Assembly (NCBI GenBank): GCA_965223335.1 | Contig: OZ244991.1 | Span: 608,001 to 672,000, forward strand | Length of the DNA: 64,000 nt | DNA from: Thermodesulfobacteriota bacterium | GTDB taxonomy: Bacteria; Desulfobacterota_D; UBA1144; Nemesobacterales; UBA2774 | Direction of reading: 5' to 3' | Shown here: positions 37,750-48,092 of the stretch, piece by piece | Position numbering within the stretch: position 1 is the stretch's first letter | Layout: each line of letters opens with the position of its first letter | Notes under the pieces: model-generated | Seen by the model: only the letters and a program-made list of their open reading frames with translations | The model's database searches: none | Told to the model about the DNA's origin: nothing | Translations under genes and position numbers: made by a program

Positions 37750-38949
37750 TTATTCTAAATTGAGTAATCCGTCAACCGAGTTAAGGTCCTTGTCCCCGCG
37801 TCCGGACAAACAAGTTATTATGCTTGTATCCGTAGACATACCGGGGGCAGCCTTCATGACATGTGCTATCGCATGCGCCGACTCCAGTGCCGGTATTATG
37901 CCCTCGGTCTCCGATATGAACTGGAAGCCCTCGAGCGCCTCTTTATCTGTGACGTAGGCGTAGTCAACACGTCCCAGGTCATTTAAAAACGAGTGTTCGG
38001 GCCCCACTCCAGGGTAATCGAGCCCGGGTGCAACGGAATGAGTACCCTTGACTTGTCCGTACTGGTCCTGCAGCAAATATGTCTTACTGCCGTGCAATAC
38101 CCCCACGGACCCGTCGGATATGCTGGCAGCATGGTGTCCGGTGGCAAGACCCTCCCCGGCCGCCTCTACCCCACACATAGCTACATCACTATCGTCTAAA
38201 AAGGGGTAGAACAATCCCATTGCGTTAGAACCACCCCCTACACAAGCCACAAGGAGGTTGGGCAGTTTGCCCTCTACTTCTAGAATCTGCTCTCGTGCCT
38301 CCACTCCTATTACCGACTGGAAATCCCTTACCATCATCGGGTAAGGATGCGGTCCTGCGACACTACCGATAATATAAAAAGTAGACCTCACATTTGTAAT
38401 CCAATCCCTCATTGCCTCATTCATGGCGTCTTTAAGTGTCTTTGTCCCCTGGTCTACCTCTCTTACCTTAGCTCCCAGGAGTTTCATACGCAGGACATTA
38501 AGCGCTTGACGCTTGGTGTCTTCGGAGCCCATAAAAATCTCGCACTCCATATCTAGCAATGCGGCCACTGTGGCTGTAGCAACTCCGTGCTGACCGGCAC
38601 CTGTCTCGGCAATGATCCTTTTTTTGCCCATCCTGGCTGCCAAGAGTACTTGGCCTATGGTGTTGTTGATCTTATGCGCACCGGTGTGTGCAAGGTCCTC
38701 TCGCTTTAAATAGATCTTTGCCCCGCCGAGCTCCCTGGTCATCCTCTCGGCAAAGTAAAGCGGGGTGGGACGCCCAACATACTGGGCCAGGTAGTAGTTA
38801 AGCTCGTCTTTAAAAGTCTTGTCGTTTTTTATCTCGTTGTATGCGTTCTCGAGTTCGAGTATGGCGGGCATCAAAGTCTCAGAGACATACCTGCCCCCAT
38901 ATATACCAAAGTGGCCGTACTCGTCAGGTCTCTGCGTTTTTGTCTCCAT
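37750..38949 (-). CDS. trpB: Tryptophan synthase beta chain
   Basis: [48 protein letters not shown]. Confidence 0.98.
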   Translation of the reverse strand: METKTQRPDEYGHFGIYGGRYVSETLMPAILELENAYNEIKNDKTFKDELNYYLAQYVGRPTPLYFAERMTRELGGAKIYLKREDLAHTGAHKINNTIGQVLLAARMGKKRIIAETGAGQHGVATATVAALLDMECEIFMGSEDTKRQALNVLRMKLLGAKVREVDQGTKTLKDAMNEAMRDWITNVRSTFYIIGSVAGPHPYPMMVRDFQSVIGVEAREQILEVEGKLPNLLVACVGGGSNAMGLFYPFLDDSDVAMCGVEAAGEGLATGHHAASISDGSVGVLHGSKTYLLQDQYGQVKGTHSVAPGLDYPGVGPEHSFLNDLGRVDYAYVTDKEALEGFQFISETEGIIPALESAHAIAHVMKAAPGMSTDTSIITCLSGRGDKDLNSVDGLLNLE

Positions 38950-39553
38950 TTCTCACCGCCTTAAAAAATTCTACTAATTTACTCTCGTCCTTTTTACCCG
39001 GAGATTCTTCCACGCCCGAGCTCACATCCACCGCATAGGGGTTTATAGTTTTAATGGCATCCAAAACATTTTCGGGCCCAAGCCCCCCAGAGAGTATGAT
39101 TCTTTTAGGGGTGTTTAACTCACCCAGCAGGTCCCAGTTAAAACTCTCTCCGGTTCCCCCGTAAAACTCCTTCGAATAGTTGTCAAAGAGAATAGCTTGT
39201 CCTGGATAAAGATCAACAATACCGGTATCGAAGGTGCTGTCTACCCTTAAGGCTTTTATGACTTCTCCGGAAACCTCGTGACAGAACTTGGGTGTTTCGT
39301 CACCGTGGAGCTGTACCGTGTGAATCCCTGTCGCACCAACCACTTCATCAAGTTCATCCAGCCCCGGGTTTACAAACACCCCTACTGTATATACAAAAGG
39401 AGGTAGCTCCTTAATAATATCCGCCGCATCCCCAGGCTCGATGAACCTTTTGCTCTTGCTGTAGAATACAAATCCCAGCGCATGGGCACCCAGATCCACA
39501 GCAAGCCCGGCATCTCGAATACTGGTGATACCGCAAATCTTTACTCTGGTCAT
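38924..39553 (-). CDS. trpF: Phosphoribosylanthranilate isomerase
   Basis: [30 protein letters not shown]; overlaps trpB by 26 nt. Confidence 0.96.
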   Translation of the reverse strand: MTRVKICGITSIRDAGLAVDLGAHALGFVFYSKSKRFIEPGDAADIIKELPPFVYTVGVFVNPGLDELDEVVGATGIHTVQLHGDETPKFCHEVSGEVIKALRVDSTFDTGIVDLYPGQAILFDNYSKEFYGGTGESFNWDLLGELNTPKRIILSGGLGPENVLDAIKTINPYAVDVSSGVEESPGKKDESKLVEFFKAVRNGDKNAET

Positions 39554-39559
39554 CCCATG

Positions 39560-39587
39560 ATTATAAGATGTGAATATCGGATGTAAA
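39560..39587 (-). promoter_or_regulatory. Putative sigma70 promoter giving a leaderless trpF mRNA
   Basis: TTTACA-N16-TATAAT-N6-ATG; no SD. Confidence 0.6.
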
Positions 39588-39625
39588 CAAAAATAGCTAT
39601 CAATAGAGAGTTCAATTGTGGTAAT

Positions 39626-40750
39626 TCAGTGTTTAGGATTTTCTTTCAGGTACGAAACCAGTGCCTCGGATAGGGCCCTGTATCCGTTTTTGTTGGTGTG
39701 GCCACCGAAATTGTTTGGATAGATTTGCTCAGTTGCAGCAGCTCCTTTAAGTAGCGGCAGCGTATCGATAAAAGCTATTCTATTATTGATCAGAAAGTCC
39801 TGAATCCGGCTGTTCAATTTTTCTTCCAGTAATGCAACCTCTAATATTTTCTCGCGCCCTGCCAACAAATCGTCCTTTTTTATGTAGTCACTATATACAG
39901 ATTCTTTTGTCGGAATAATCACAATAAGAAGCTCGGTATCCCTTTTCTTCGCGATCTCGTTCATTCGATCTAAGAAATCCAACGTCAGTCGAAGGCCTTC
40001 TTTTACCTCTTGTGTTTCAAGATCTACTCCACGGAGTCTATCCCCGGGGGTAAAACCTGTATTTATTCCCAACTCTTCATGAGAGTACATAACTATATCT
40101 TCCCCCCTACTTAGCCTCCGCTGCTGTCTTAGGCTGTCACCTATAGGGGACGAACTGACGAGCCTGTAAAAAACACTGTGCGAGGACAAAAACTCTCCCA
40201 GTTTCGGTTTCTCGGTTAATGTACGGTTTTCGTTTGGATTATTCTTTAGGCCCTGCTCTATCTCCCTATCCCTCATGTCTCTCCAGTGCTCGACACCATA
40301 CACCGCATCAAACGCATCTTTTAGGTCGTTACCTAGGTATAGCCCCACAACTATGAGATCTGGTTTAAGTTCAAGCGCTTTATCCTCGAGCAGGTACAGG
40401 TACTCAGCAGGCCCCCAACCCCCGAGCGAGAGGTTATAGACCGTTTTATTCGTGAGCGCAGCGAGCTGAGCTGGCCATGAATCCTTGGCTGTGGCGCTTA
40501 TGCCATATGTATGGGAATCCCCTATGGCCACAACATCCGCTTTGATAGGGACCGACCTGTTTCTAAACCCCCACCGGTCATGGGCACCCGTGCCCGGGGC
40601 CAGTTTATACCTCAATATATCGTCTGGAACCCTGCTCGGCTTTAAGAAATCTATTGGATCGAATACGGCTCTCGATATACCCTCTGCAACGAGCAAAGAG
40701 AAAACTAATGCAAGAGTTATAAGCAGCGCCTTTTTTGTAAATTTTCCCAT
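39626..40750 (-). CDS. Membrane-anchored SGNH/GDSL hydrolase-like protein
   Basis: N-terminal TM, AIGDSHTYG, NLSLGGWGP, YLGND, C-terminal GGHTN. Confidence 0.8.
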   Translation of the reverse strand: MGKFTKKALLITLALVFSLLVAEGISRAVFDPIDFLKPSRVPDDILRYKLAPGTGAHDRWGFRNRSVPIKADVVAIGDSHTYGISATAKDSWPAQLAALTNKTVYNLSLGGWGPAEYLYLLEDKALELKPDLIVVGLYLGNDLKDAFDAVYGVEHWRDMRDREIEQGLKNNPNENRTLTEKPKLGEFLSSHSVFYRLVSSSPIGDSLRQQRRLSRGEDIVMYSHEELGINTGFTPGDRLRGVDLETQEVKEGLRLTLDFLDRMNEIAKKRDTELLIVIIPTKESVYSDYIKKDDLLAGREKILEVALLEEKLNSRIQDFLINNRIAFIDTLPLLKGAAATEQIYPNNFGGHTNKNGYRALSEALVSYLKENPKH

Positions 40751-40938
40751 AACGATATCAGACTACTTTTATGAGTTCATAGAATCTAAGGCAATTAAAT
40801 TCCAAGCCCGCAACATATTTGATGTAAGTCTATTTAACCATGCAAACAGGATCAAACCTAAATTAGTTTATGGTATATTCATCTCCGTGTATCAGGTTTT
40901 TAGACTAAAGTTTTTTCATATATAAAACACACATAAAA

Positions 40939-42039
40939 TTGGACAAGAAAAAAAAATTACTGCTAGTCGTGCTAAGCATTGGGTTTGCTCTCCTTTTCCT
41001 CGAGATTGCAACAAGGACATGGCTCTATCTTATAGCGTCGGATGAAACTCGTCTCGAGTACTCGCTACACTCCTATCTCTCACCCGACGACCAAAGATAC
41101 ATCAGACACCACTACTTAAACTACTACCCGAACCCCTCATACGAAAGGGCCGGCACGAAACACAACTCGCTTGGATTCAGGGGACCCGAGATCATTGTAC
41201 CCAAACCCGACGGTGTAGTGCGCATAGTAGCCCTCGGGGGCTCAAGCACCTACACAATAAATGTTAAGAACAACGAACACACCTTTACTGCAAGGCTCCA
41301 GGACATACTCCGCGAGCAGTACGATTACAAGAACGTCGAGGTCATTAACGCTGGAGTGGGCGGGTATAACTCGTGGGAATCACTCATCAACCTCGCATTT
41401 CGAGTACTAGACCTAGAACCCGATCTATTGATTATCTATCAAGGCACAAATGATGTGCATGCCAGGTTTGTACCCCCCGAGCACTACAAGGCCGATAACT
41501 CCGGTCACAGGAAACAGTGGGAATCACCGTCTATACCGCTTGTGGAAAACAGTGCTCTATTTCGAGTGTTATTCCGAAAGTCGGGTATAACTTCACAGGT
41601 CGGGATCGGTAACTTCGTAAAGGCTGACACCGACTATAGTCATAATGAAGTGGGAGATAAAAATCCTCTGGAACTCCTAGAAAAAAACAAACCGGTTTTT
41701 TATGAGCGAAACTTAAAAAATATGTTAGCCATAGCCGATACCAACGATATAGATGCGATGCTGGCAACATGGGCATACTCTCCCAACTTCGACGATTACG
41801 CCTCTACGGAACATTATCAAAGAGGGTTTATGGAGAATAATAATGTTGTAAAAAAAGTGGCCGAGGACACATCCGCTCCCCTATTTGATTTTGCAGCGGT
41901 GATGCCTAAAGACCCCGAGTACTGGTCCGACGGCAGACATGTAAACGAAAAAGGTGCAGACTACAAAGCGCGTCTATTTGCCGATTATATCCACGAAAAC
42001 AATTTGATTTCTAACACGCAGAGTCCGAAAAAAGAGTAA
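40939..42039 (+). CDS. Membrane-anchored SGNH/GDSL hydrolase
   Basis: N-terminal TM, NSLGFRG, ALGGSST, INAGVGGYNS, GTND, DGRH. Confidence 0.82.
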   Translation: MDKKKKLLLVVLSIGFALLFLEIATRTWLYLIASDETRLEYSLHSYLSPDDQRYIRHHYLNYYPNPSYERAGTKHNSLGFRGPEIIVPKPDGVVRIVALGGSSTYTINVKNNEHTFTARLQDILREQYDYKNVEVINAGVGGYNSWESLINLAFRVLDLEPDLLIIYQGTNDVHARFVPPEHYKADNSGHRKQWESPSIPLVENSALFRVLFRKSGITSQVGIGNFVKADTDYSHNEVGDKNPLELLEKNKPVFYERNLKNMLAIADTNDIDAMLATWAYSPNFDDYASTEHYQRGFMENNNVVKKVAEDTSAPLFDFAAVMPKDPEYWSDGRHVNEKGADYKARLFADYIHENNLISNTQSPKKE

Positions 42040-42068
42040 GACCCGAGAACTCACTCACAAGCAGCGTA

Positions 42069-43238
42069 TTAGTTTGCGACCTGCGAGATATATTGCTCGA
42101 TCATCATCCGATGCGTGTGTCTTTTCTGGACCAGATCCCTGCCGTTTTGACCGAATCTCCGGGCTTTGGCTCTGTCATCGAGCAACGTGATTATTGCCAT
42201 TGCAATATCCCCTGGGCTCTCGGGATCTACCAACAGGCCCGTCACACCATTTTCCACAGCCTCTACGGAACCCCCATGGTTCCCCGCAAGAATGGGTTTT
42301 CCCCTTGCACTGGCTTCGAGCAGTGCGTTGGGCAATCCCTCTACCTTGTTGTTCCAATACCGGTTGGGCATAACAAACAGGTCGCACATATCTACGAAGT
42401 CCACGGTCTTTGAGTGCGGAACCCCCCCTGTGAATACCACGTTGTCACCGACCCCAAGCTCATCCGCAAGTGTCTTAAAGCTCTCCAGGTATCTCCCGTC
42501 CCCGACAACTATATATTTAGTCTCAGGGTACTTATCGAGAATCATCGGCATTGACCTGATCACATTGTCCTGGCCCTTGCGGGGCAGTACCCTGGCAACG
42601 GTCAGGAGCAGAGGCTTATTGCCGATTATGCCATAAGTCTCTTTTAAACTCTCGATATTGGCTTGGTTGGGTTCGGTGGTGAGCAACTCGTCCTCCACAC
42701 CGTTATATATAACAGTGATTTTTTCGGACGGAACCCCGATACCTTCAAGCAACCCCTTAGTGTAGTTGCTGACCGCTATGATGCGGACTGCGTTGGCGTA
42801 GAGGCGACGAAGAGGCCAGCGCATCAGTTTTTTAGTAAATTTCTTGCCGTGAAAACAGGTTGTGATGCCCGAACCCGCCACGCGTACAACCGGCTTAAAC
42901 GAATAGCGGGGCACACACCCTCCTACCGCCTCTGCCTCTTCCGTAATAAAGAGGACCGTATCGGGTTTCTCCCTGGATAATGTTAAAAGCAGGTAAAACC
43001 ATCCCAATACAAATGCTACAAGAGGTAAATACTTTATCCAGCTGCTACCGAGCCCCGGTATCCTCACCACCCGTGCCCCCAACTGTCGATCAAACTCGCT
43101 GTCCTCGCCCGAGTACCCGGGTGCAAGCACTACTAGATCCATACCCGAGTCGGCAAATCCAATGGCAAGCTTATGACTGGTTGTGGCAAGCCCCCCAAGA
43201 AACGGCGGGTACTCATTTGTATAAATTAGCACTTTCAT
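42069..43238 (-). CDS. Glycosyltransferase family 4
   Basis: EYPPFLGG, VARVLPRKG, EGLPNALLEA (EX7E). Confidence 0.9.
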   Translation of the reverse strand: MKVLIYTNEYPPFLGGLATTSHKLAIGFADSGMDLVVLAPGYSGEDSEFDRQLGARVVRIPGLGSSWIKYLPLVAFVLGWFYLLLTLSREKPDTVLFITEEAEAVGGCVPRYSFKPVVRVAGSGITTCFHGKKFTKKLMRWPLRRLYANAVRIIAVSNYTKGLLEGIGVPSEKITVIYNGVEDELLTTEPNQANIESLKETYGIIGNKPLLLTVARVLPRKGQDNVIRSMPMILDKYPETKYIVVGDGRYLESFKTLADELGVGDNVVFTGGVPHSKTVDFVDMCDLFVMPNRYWNNKVEGLPNALLEASARGKPILAGNHGGSVEAVENGVTGLLVDPESPGDIAMAIITLLDDRAKARRFGQNGRDLVQKRHTHRMMIEQYISQVAN

Positions 43239-43364
43239 AGGGCATTAAATGATGCGATGTAAAGCATATTAATGTTGAATTCTACACTATAATACAATAT
43301 ATTTGACTAATATTTACATAGGGTTGCAAATACTAAAAAACGTAATAATATGTAGCTTATAACC

Positions 43365-43607
43365 ATGAACAACCTTGATACGATACTACTTCAATTAATG
43401 TGCACGGGGCTTGGGCAGGGCAACACCAATACAGAGAAACTTACCCAACTTGTGCTCAAGGACCACCCCGAGGAAGACCATAACCAGGTAAAAATCCAAG
43501 TAGTAGAAACTCTGAGGAATCTTGTGGATAGGGGTGAGATCCAGATTGTAACCATCAATTGGGAGCTCGGGGAAGAATTCCTCTACGTATGTTCGACGAC
43601 CCTCTAA
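43365..43607 (+). CDS. Small hypothetical protein, possibly winged-helix
   Basis: 80-aa ORF after TTGCAA-N16-TAATAT; helix-then-strands pattern VETLRNLVDRGEIQIV. Confidence 0.6.
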   Translation: MNNLDTILLQLMCTGLGQGNTNTEKLTQLVLKDHPEEDHNQVKIQVVETLRNLVDRGEIQIVTINWELGEEFLYVCSTTL

Positions 43608-43628
43608 ATCTTTTGCATCTGCATCATT

Positions 43629-43955
43629 ATGCCAACATTGGACTATATTCGATTACTAAAAATCATAACGGTTAAACGCGGCGAGAACGAAAACTACGAA
43701 GCCACCTACAGCATTGAGTACTCGGAGGATCTGGAGTTCAGCAGCTCAAGAAAAGGCACACTCACGCTAAGCATCTCGGAGCTTATGGACCTACCGTCAA
43801 TCGATAACGAGAACGGCTACAGGATTGCATCGAGCCTCCTCGACCAAACCTTGGTCAGAAAAAAGAGCAAGGACCGATCGGTTTGTATCTACCATGCCAA
43901 GGGGGAAACACTTGCGGATTGGATGCACGGCAATTGCACAATGCTCAGTCACTAA
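43629..43955 (+). CDS. Small hypothetical protein
   Basis: 108-aa ORF 21 nt after the previous one, with coding-like composition. Confidence 0.55.
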   Translation: MPTLDYIRLLKIITVKRGENENYEATYSIEYSEDLEFSSSRKGTLTLSISELMDLPSIDNENGYRIASSLLDQTLVRKKSKDRSVCIYHAKGETLADWMHGNCTMLSH

Positions 43956-44025
43956 AGAATTATTTCGTTAAATAATAGTCCATTGATCTGCTGTTTGCCG
44001 AAATTCAACAATAAAATTAATACAC

Positions 44026-44055
44026 TTTACATATTGAGACCAATTGGGGTATAAT
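44026..44055 (+). promoter_or_regulatory. Putative sigma70 promoter of the LysM-NlpC/P60 gene, implying a leader of about 130 nt
   Basis: TTTACA-N18-TATAAT. Confidence 0.55.
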
Positions 44056-44194
44056 TGGGTCATATTTTTCCGATGCTCTTAACAAATAGAATATATGGAA
44101 ATGGCTTTTCATAAAGGGCATCTAAACATCTGAATTAATTCCATACAGGGGTGGGTGAATAAATTGTCGGCTATCTGTAGGAGGTATATTAATA

Positions 44195-47107
44195 ATGTTA
44201 ATTCGTATCGCACTAATAATCTGTACGGTGATACTTCTTCCCTATCTAGCGTTTGCCAATAGTAAGTACACGGTAAAGCAGGGGGATAATCTTTACGATA
44301 TATCCAAGAAATACGATGTAACGGTTGATCAATTAAAACAGGCAAACAATCTTAAAAGCATTAAACTCGATATTGGTGACGTACTCACCATCCCGGCTTC
44401 AAAAACATCCTCTTCTACAAAAAAATACACAGTAATAAATGGAGACACTCTGGGTGGCATAGCGGTTAAGTTCGGCCTCTCTTCCTCACGAGTGATCAAA
44501 TCAGCAAACGGTTTAGAGAAAGACAATTTGAAAGTCGGCCAGGTCTTAATCATTCCCTCCACTAGCAATTCAACCACTGCCAAGAAAGCAACTGTCGAGA
44601 CCAAAAAAACCAACACAGCAAAGCCCGAGAGCAAAAAGCCCGCATTATTCGCTAAAACATCCAAGCCTAAAAAAACCAGTCCAACTAAATACACTGTAAA
44701 GAAAGGTGACACGCTGGGGGCCATAGCTGTTAAGCACGGTCTTTCATCATCGCGTGTGATCAAGGCTGCAAATGACCTCGAGGATAACAACCTACACATT
44801 GGACAGGTCATAACTATTCCGTCTCCAGAGCACAAAACCGTTTCTGCAGAATCCCTTAAAGAGCCGGCACTAAAAGTTGCAGCAAAGTCTACAACCCATA
44901 AGAAGCTCTCGGTAACTGTTATCAAAACCTCAACCCCAGAGAAAATTGAGCTCGCGACAAGACCGACGACACATATATATAAATCTCAAGTTGCTAAACC
45001 GGCTGTTGAGCAAAACCCCAAACAAAAGAGCAACGAACCCAAAAGCACTACAACACACACCGTAAAGAGCGGCGATACCCTGGGGGCCATAGCTGTACAT
45101 TATGGACTTGCCTCTTCAAAGGCAATAAAAACTGCCAACAAACTCGACAGCAACAATCTTAAAGTAGGCCAAGTTCTTGTTATACCTGTGCCCGGGAGTA
45201 AAACTGAATCTATAGAACCCAAAGTTGTTGCCTCAGAGGTTAAACCAAAGGCTGAAACCACCAAAACGGAAACAGCCAACAAAGCATCCGAGAGCACAAC
45301 AAAGAGCACTCTTAAATACACCGTTAAAAACGGCGATACGCTAGGCGGTATTGCAGTTAAACATGGACTATCCTCTTCCCGAGTGATTAAGGCTGCAAAT
45401 AAACTTGAGAGCGACAACGTAAGAGTCGGCCAAGTTCTTATAATCCCTAGCACAAATAATATTGCTAAGGTTAATGAGTCCAAGTTTGAGACCAAAAAGC
45501 CGGTTGAATCACCCGAAAAAACAAGCGCTACTACTAAATACAAGGTTAAAAAGGGCGACACTCTAGGCGCCATTGCAGTAAAACACGGACTGTCCTCATC
45601 CCGTGTGATTAAGGCTGCGAATGGACTAAAGGGCGATAACCTCACCGTAGGTCAAGTTCTTACAATCCCCTCCTCCAACAACGCAGTAATAAGCAGCAAG
45701 TCAACCGATACAAAAACACCTAATACTGTTGATTATAAGGTCAAAAAAGGCGACACACTCTTAGGTATCGCGATCAAGTTCAAAACAAAAGTCGCAGATA
45801 TTAAAGATAGAAACAACCTCAAAAACAGCAGCTTAAAACAGGATCAAAAACTAAAGATACCGACCTCGCTTACAGAGGCTGAAATAGCAAAAGCCACAGA
45901 ATCCAAAACCACCAAAGAGAAAAAAGAAACCGTCAACAAACAGGCTACTTATAAGGTGAAAAAGGGCGACACCGTAGGCCACATTGCTATAAAGCTCGGG
46001 GTCACTCAAAAGCAGCTTAAACAAGCCAACAACCTAAAGAACAACAACTTAAAGATCGGACAGGTGCTTAAAAACCCGAATGTAAAATCCGAGAACTCCA
46101 CAGTTACAAAATCCACAAGGACAGAGAATTACAAAGTTACCAAAGGGGACTCGCTAGGCAGTATTGCCAATAAATTCCGTGTATCTGTAAAGGAGATAAA
46201 AGCTGTAAACGGCATGAAGAGCAGCAGGCTGATCGCCGGAAAAACAATTAAAATCCCAGTTAACGATAAATTTGCCCAAACACAGAAAACCCCTAAATCT
46301 CACAAGGTAGCCAAAGGTGACACACTTGGTGCAATAGCCCAAAAATATGGTGTCACAGTAAAAGAGCTAAAGAAAGCTAACGGGCTTAAAGGCAATAATA
46401 TCCATGTAGGCAAAAAGCTTGTTATTCCAGGTAAATACCAAGAAGTTGCTAAAAAGGTTGCTAAAACCGAACCTGCTAAAAAGCAAAGCTCCAAACACAT
46501 TAGATATGTAGTAAAGAAAGGAGAGACACTGGGCACTATTGCCAGAGATTTTGGAGTAACCACAGACGAGATTAAAAATCTAAATGACCTAAAAGGCTCA
46601 TCAATCAGAGCAGGCGAAATCATAAAAATGCCTGTTGATGTTTCCTCAATACCCAATGACAATTACAACCCCCATAGCATTAGGCCTAACAAAGGCTTCA
46701 TTGCATCAAACGGCAACCAGCCACGCGAAGAAATTATCCTAGCCGCTAAAAGCTATCTGGGCACACCGTATAAATTCGGCGGCAACTCGCTTGTAAACGG
46801 TATCGACTGCTCTGGGTACGTAAAGAAAATATTCGGCCTTTTCAACATAAATCTGCCGAGGACAGCTCGCGATCTATACAACAAGGCCGGCTACTATGTA
46901 GACCGTCAGCAACTCGAAACCGGGGACCTTGTGTTCTTTACCACATACGCCAAGTACCCGTCCCATGTAGGCATATATATAGGGAACGACCAGTTTATAC
47001 ATGCGTCATCCGCATCCAAGAAGGTCACTATAACCAGCCTAAACAAAAAGTATTATCGCAGTAGGTACATAGGGGCTAAACGCATTAAACTCTCGGGCTA
47101 CTTCTAG
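44195..47107 (+). CDS. Secreted peptidoglycan endopeptidase: 11 LysM domains + NlpC/P60
   Basis: Signal peptide (AFA-N), 11 YxVxxGD(T/N/S)L-like repeats, C-terminal GTPYKFGG-DCSG-GDLVFF-HVGIY-IHAS. Confidence 0.95.
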   Translation: MLIRIALIICTVILLPYLAFANSKYTVKQGDNLYDISKKYDVTVDQLKQANNLKSIKLDIGDVLTIPASKTSSSTKKYTVINGDTLGGIAVKFGLSSSRVIKSANGLEKDNLKVGQVLIIPSTSNSTTAKKATVETKKTNTAKPESKKPALFAKTSKPKKTSPTKYTVKKGDTLGAIAVKHGLSSSRVIKAANDLEDNNLHIGQVITIPSPEHKTVSAESLKEPALKVAAKSTTHKKLSVTVIKTSTPEKIELATRPTTHIYKSQVAKPAVEQNPKQKSNEPKSTTTHTVKSGDTLGAIAVHYGLASSKAIKTANKLDSNNLKVGQVLVIPVPGSKTESIEPKVVASEVKPKAETTKTETANKASESTTKSTLKYTVKNGDTLGGIAVKHGLSSSRVIKAANKLESDNVRVGQVLIIPSTNNIAKVNESKFETKKPVESPEKTSATTKYKVKKGDTLGAIAVKHGLSSSRVIKAANGLKGDNLTVGQVLTIPSSNNAVISSKSTDTKTPNTVDYKVKKGDTLLGIAIKFKTKVADIKDRNNLKNSSLKQDQKLKIPTSLTEAEIAKATESKTTKEKKETVNKQATYKVKKGDTVGHIAIKLGVTQKQLKQANNLKNNNLKIGQVLKNPNVKSENSTVTKSTRTENYKVTKGDSLGSIANKFRVSVKEIKAVNGMKSSRLIAGKTIKIPVNDKFAQTQKTPKSHKVAKGDTLGAIAQKYGVTVKELKKANGLKGNNIHVGKKLVIPGKYQEVAKKVAKTEPAKKQSSKHIRYVVKKGETLGTIARDFGVTTDEIKNLNDLKGSSIRAGEIIKMPVDVSSIPNDNYNPHSIRPNKGFIASNGNQPREEIILAAKSYLGTPYKFGGNSLVNGIDCSGYVKKIFGLFNINLPRTARDLYNKAGYYVDRQQLETGDLVFFTTYAKYPSHVGIYIGNDQFIHASSASKKVTITSLNKKYYRSRYIGAKRIKLSGYF

Positions 47108-47211
47108 GATCAAGCTCAATTTATCCAAACAGCTTGTACTTAGCTCCGTTGTAATCTCTTGCTCTTCCATTGAAATATAGCTACTGCTGTTTATATTATT
47201 GAAATATCAAT

Positions 47212-48090
47212 ATGAAAAACCATATAAACGGGTTTAAGGAATTCCTTTCTTCCGAAAGGAACTACTCTCCTCATACAATTAGAGCTTATCTAAAGGACGT
47301 AAGAGAGCTGCTCGCTACAGTCGGGAGGGACGAGAACAATCTAGACCCCTCGACTCTTACACAGAACGATATAAGGCAGTATATAGGAGAGCTCTACGGT
47401 AAAAACTCCAAGTCCACCATTTCAAGGAAACTTGCATCTATTAGGACTTTTTTCGAGTACTTAATAAGAGAGGGGGCTATAAATTACAACCCAGCCAAGC
47501 TGATCCCGTCGCCAAAAAAGGAAAAGAAGCTCCCTGTGTTTTTAACCGTGGACGAGGCATTTAAGCTCGTAGACACAAAGCACTCTAGCAAAGTACTTGA
47601 ACTTAGGGACATCGCTATATTGGAGCTACTATACTCGAGCGGACTCAGGGTAAGCGAGCTTGTGGGAATAGACATGGCGGAACTCAATATCAAAGACGAG
47701 ACTGTTAGGGTACTCGGCAAAGGGAGGAAAGCTCGAGTTATACCGCTCGGCAAGAAATCTATTGAAGCCCTCATGAATTATCTTGAGAAGAGGGAGCAAC
47801 TCAAACCCAATGGCGATCAATTGTTTCTAAATGCCAGGGGAGGGAGACTTTCAACGAGAAGTATTGATAGGATAGTGAAAAAATATGCGATACTCGCGGG
47901 CATACCCAAAAACCTAAGCCCTCATGTGCTGAGACATACCTTTGCCACGCACCTTTTGGGCGGCGGTGCGGACCTGCGCGCGATACAAGAGATGCTTGGA
48001 CACAAGAGCCTTTCCACAACACAGATTTATACACATACTTCGATTGAAAAAATTATGGAAATTTACGATAAAACACACCCGAGAGCGTAG
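47212..48090 (+). CDS. xerC: Tyrosine recombinase XerC
   Basis: [32 protein letters not shown]; conserved xerC-hslV-hslU context. Confidence 0.88.
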   Translation: MKNHINGFKEFLSSERNYSPHTIRAYLKDVRELLATVGRDENNLDPSTLTQNDIRQYIGELYGKNSKSTISRKLASIRTFFEYLIREGAINYNPAKLIPSPKKEKKLPVFLTVDEAFKLVDTKHSSKVLELRDIAILELLYSSGLRVSELVGIDMAELNIKDETVRVLGKGRKARVIPLGKKSIEALMNYLEKREQLKPNGDQLFLNARGGRLSTRSIDRIVKKYAILAGIPKNLSPHVLRHTFATHLLGGGADLRAIQEMLGHKSLSTTQIYTHTSIEKIMEIYDKTHPRA

Positions 48091-48092
48091 AT

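Noticed and set aside
37544..37957. Track ORFs 37544-37732 and 37733-37957 (+)
   Set aside because: No SD, non-coding-like composition, and overlap with the sigma54 motif or with trpB antisense.
44329..46662. Long antisense ORFs inside the LysM gene (198, 181 and 120 aa)
   Set aside because: Codon-bias shadows of the repetitive sense gene; no independent motifs.
47212..48090. Tyrosine recombinase as a prophage or island integrase
   Set aside because: Size, motifs and the xerC-hslV-hslU context indicate housekeeping XerC; no att sites or cargo seen.
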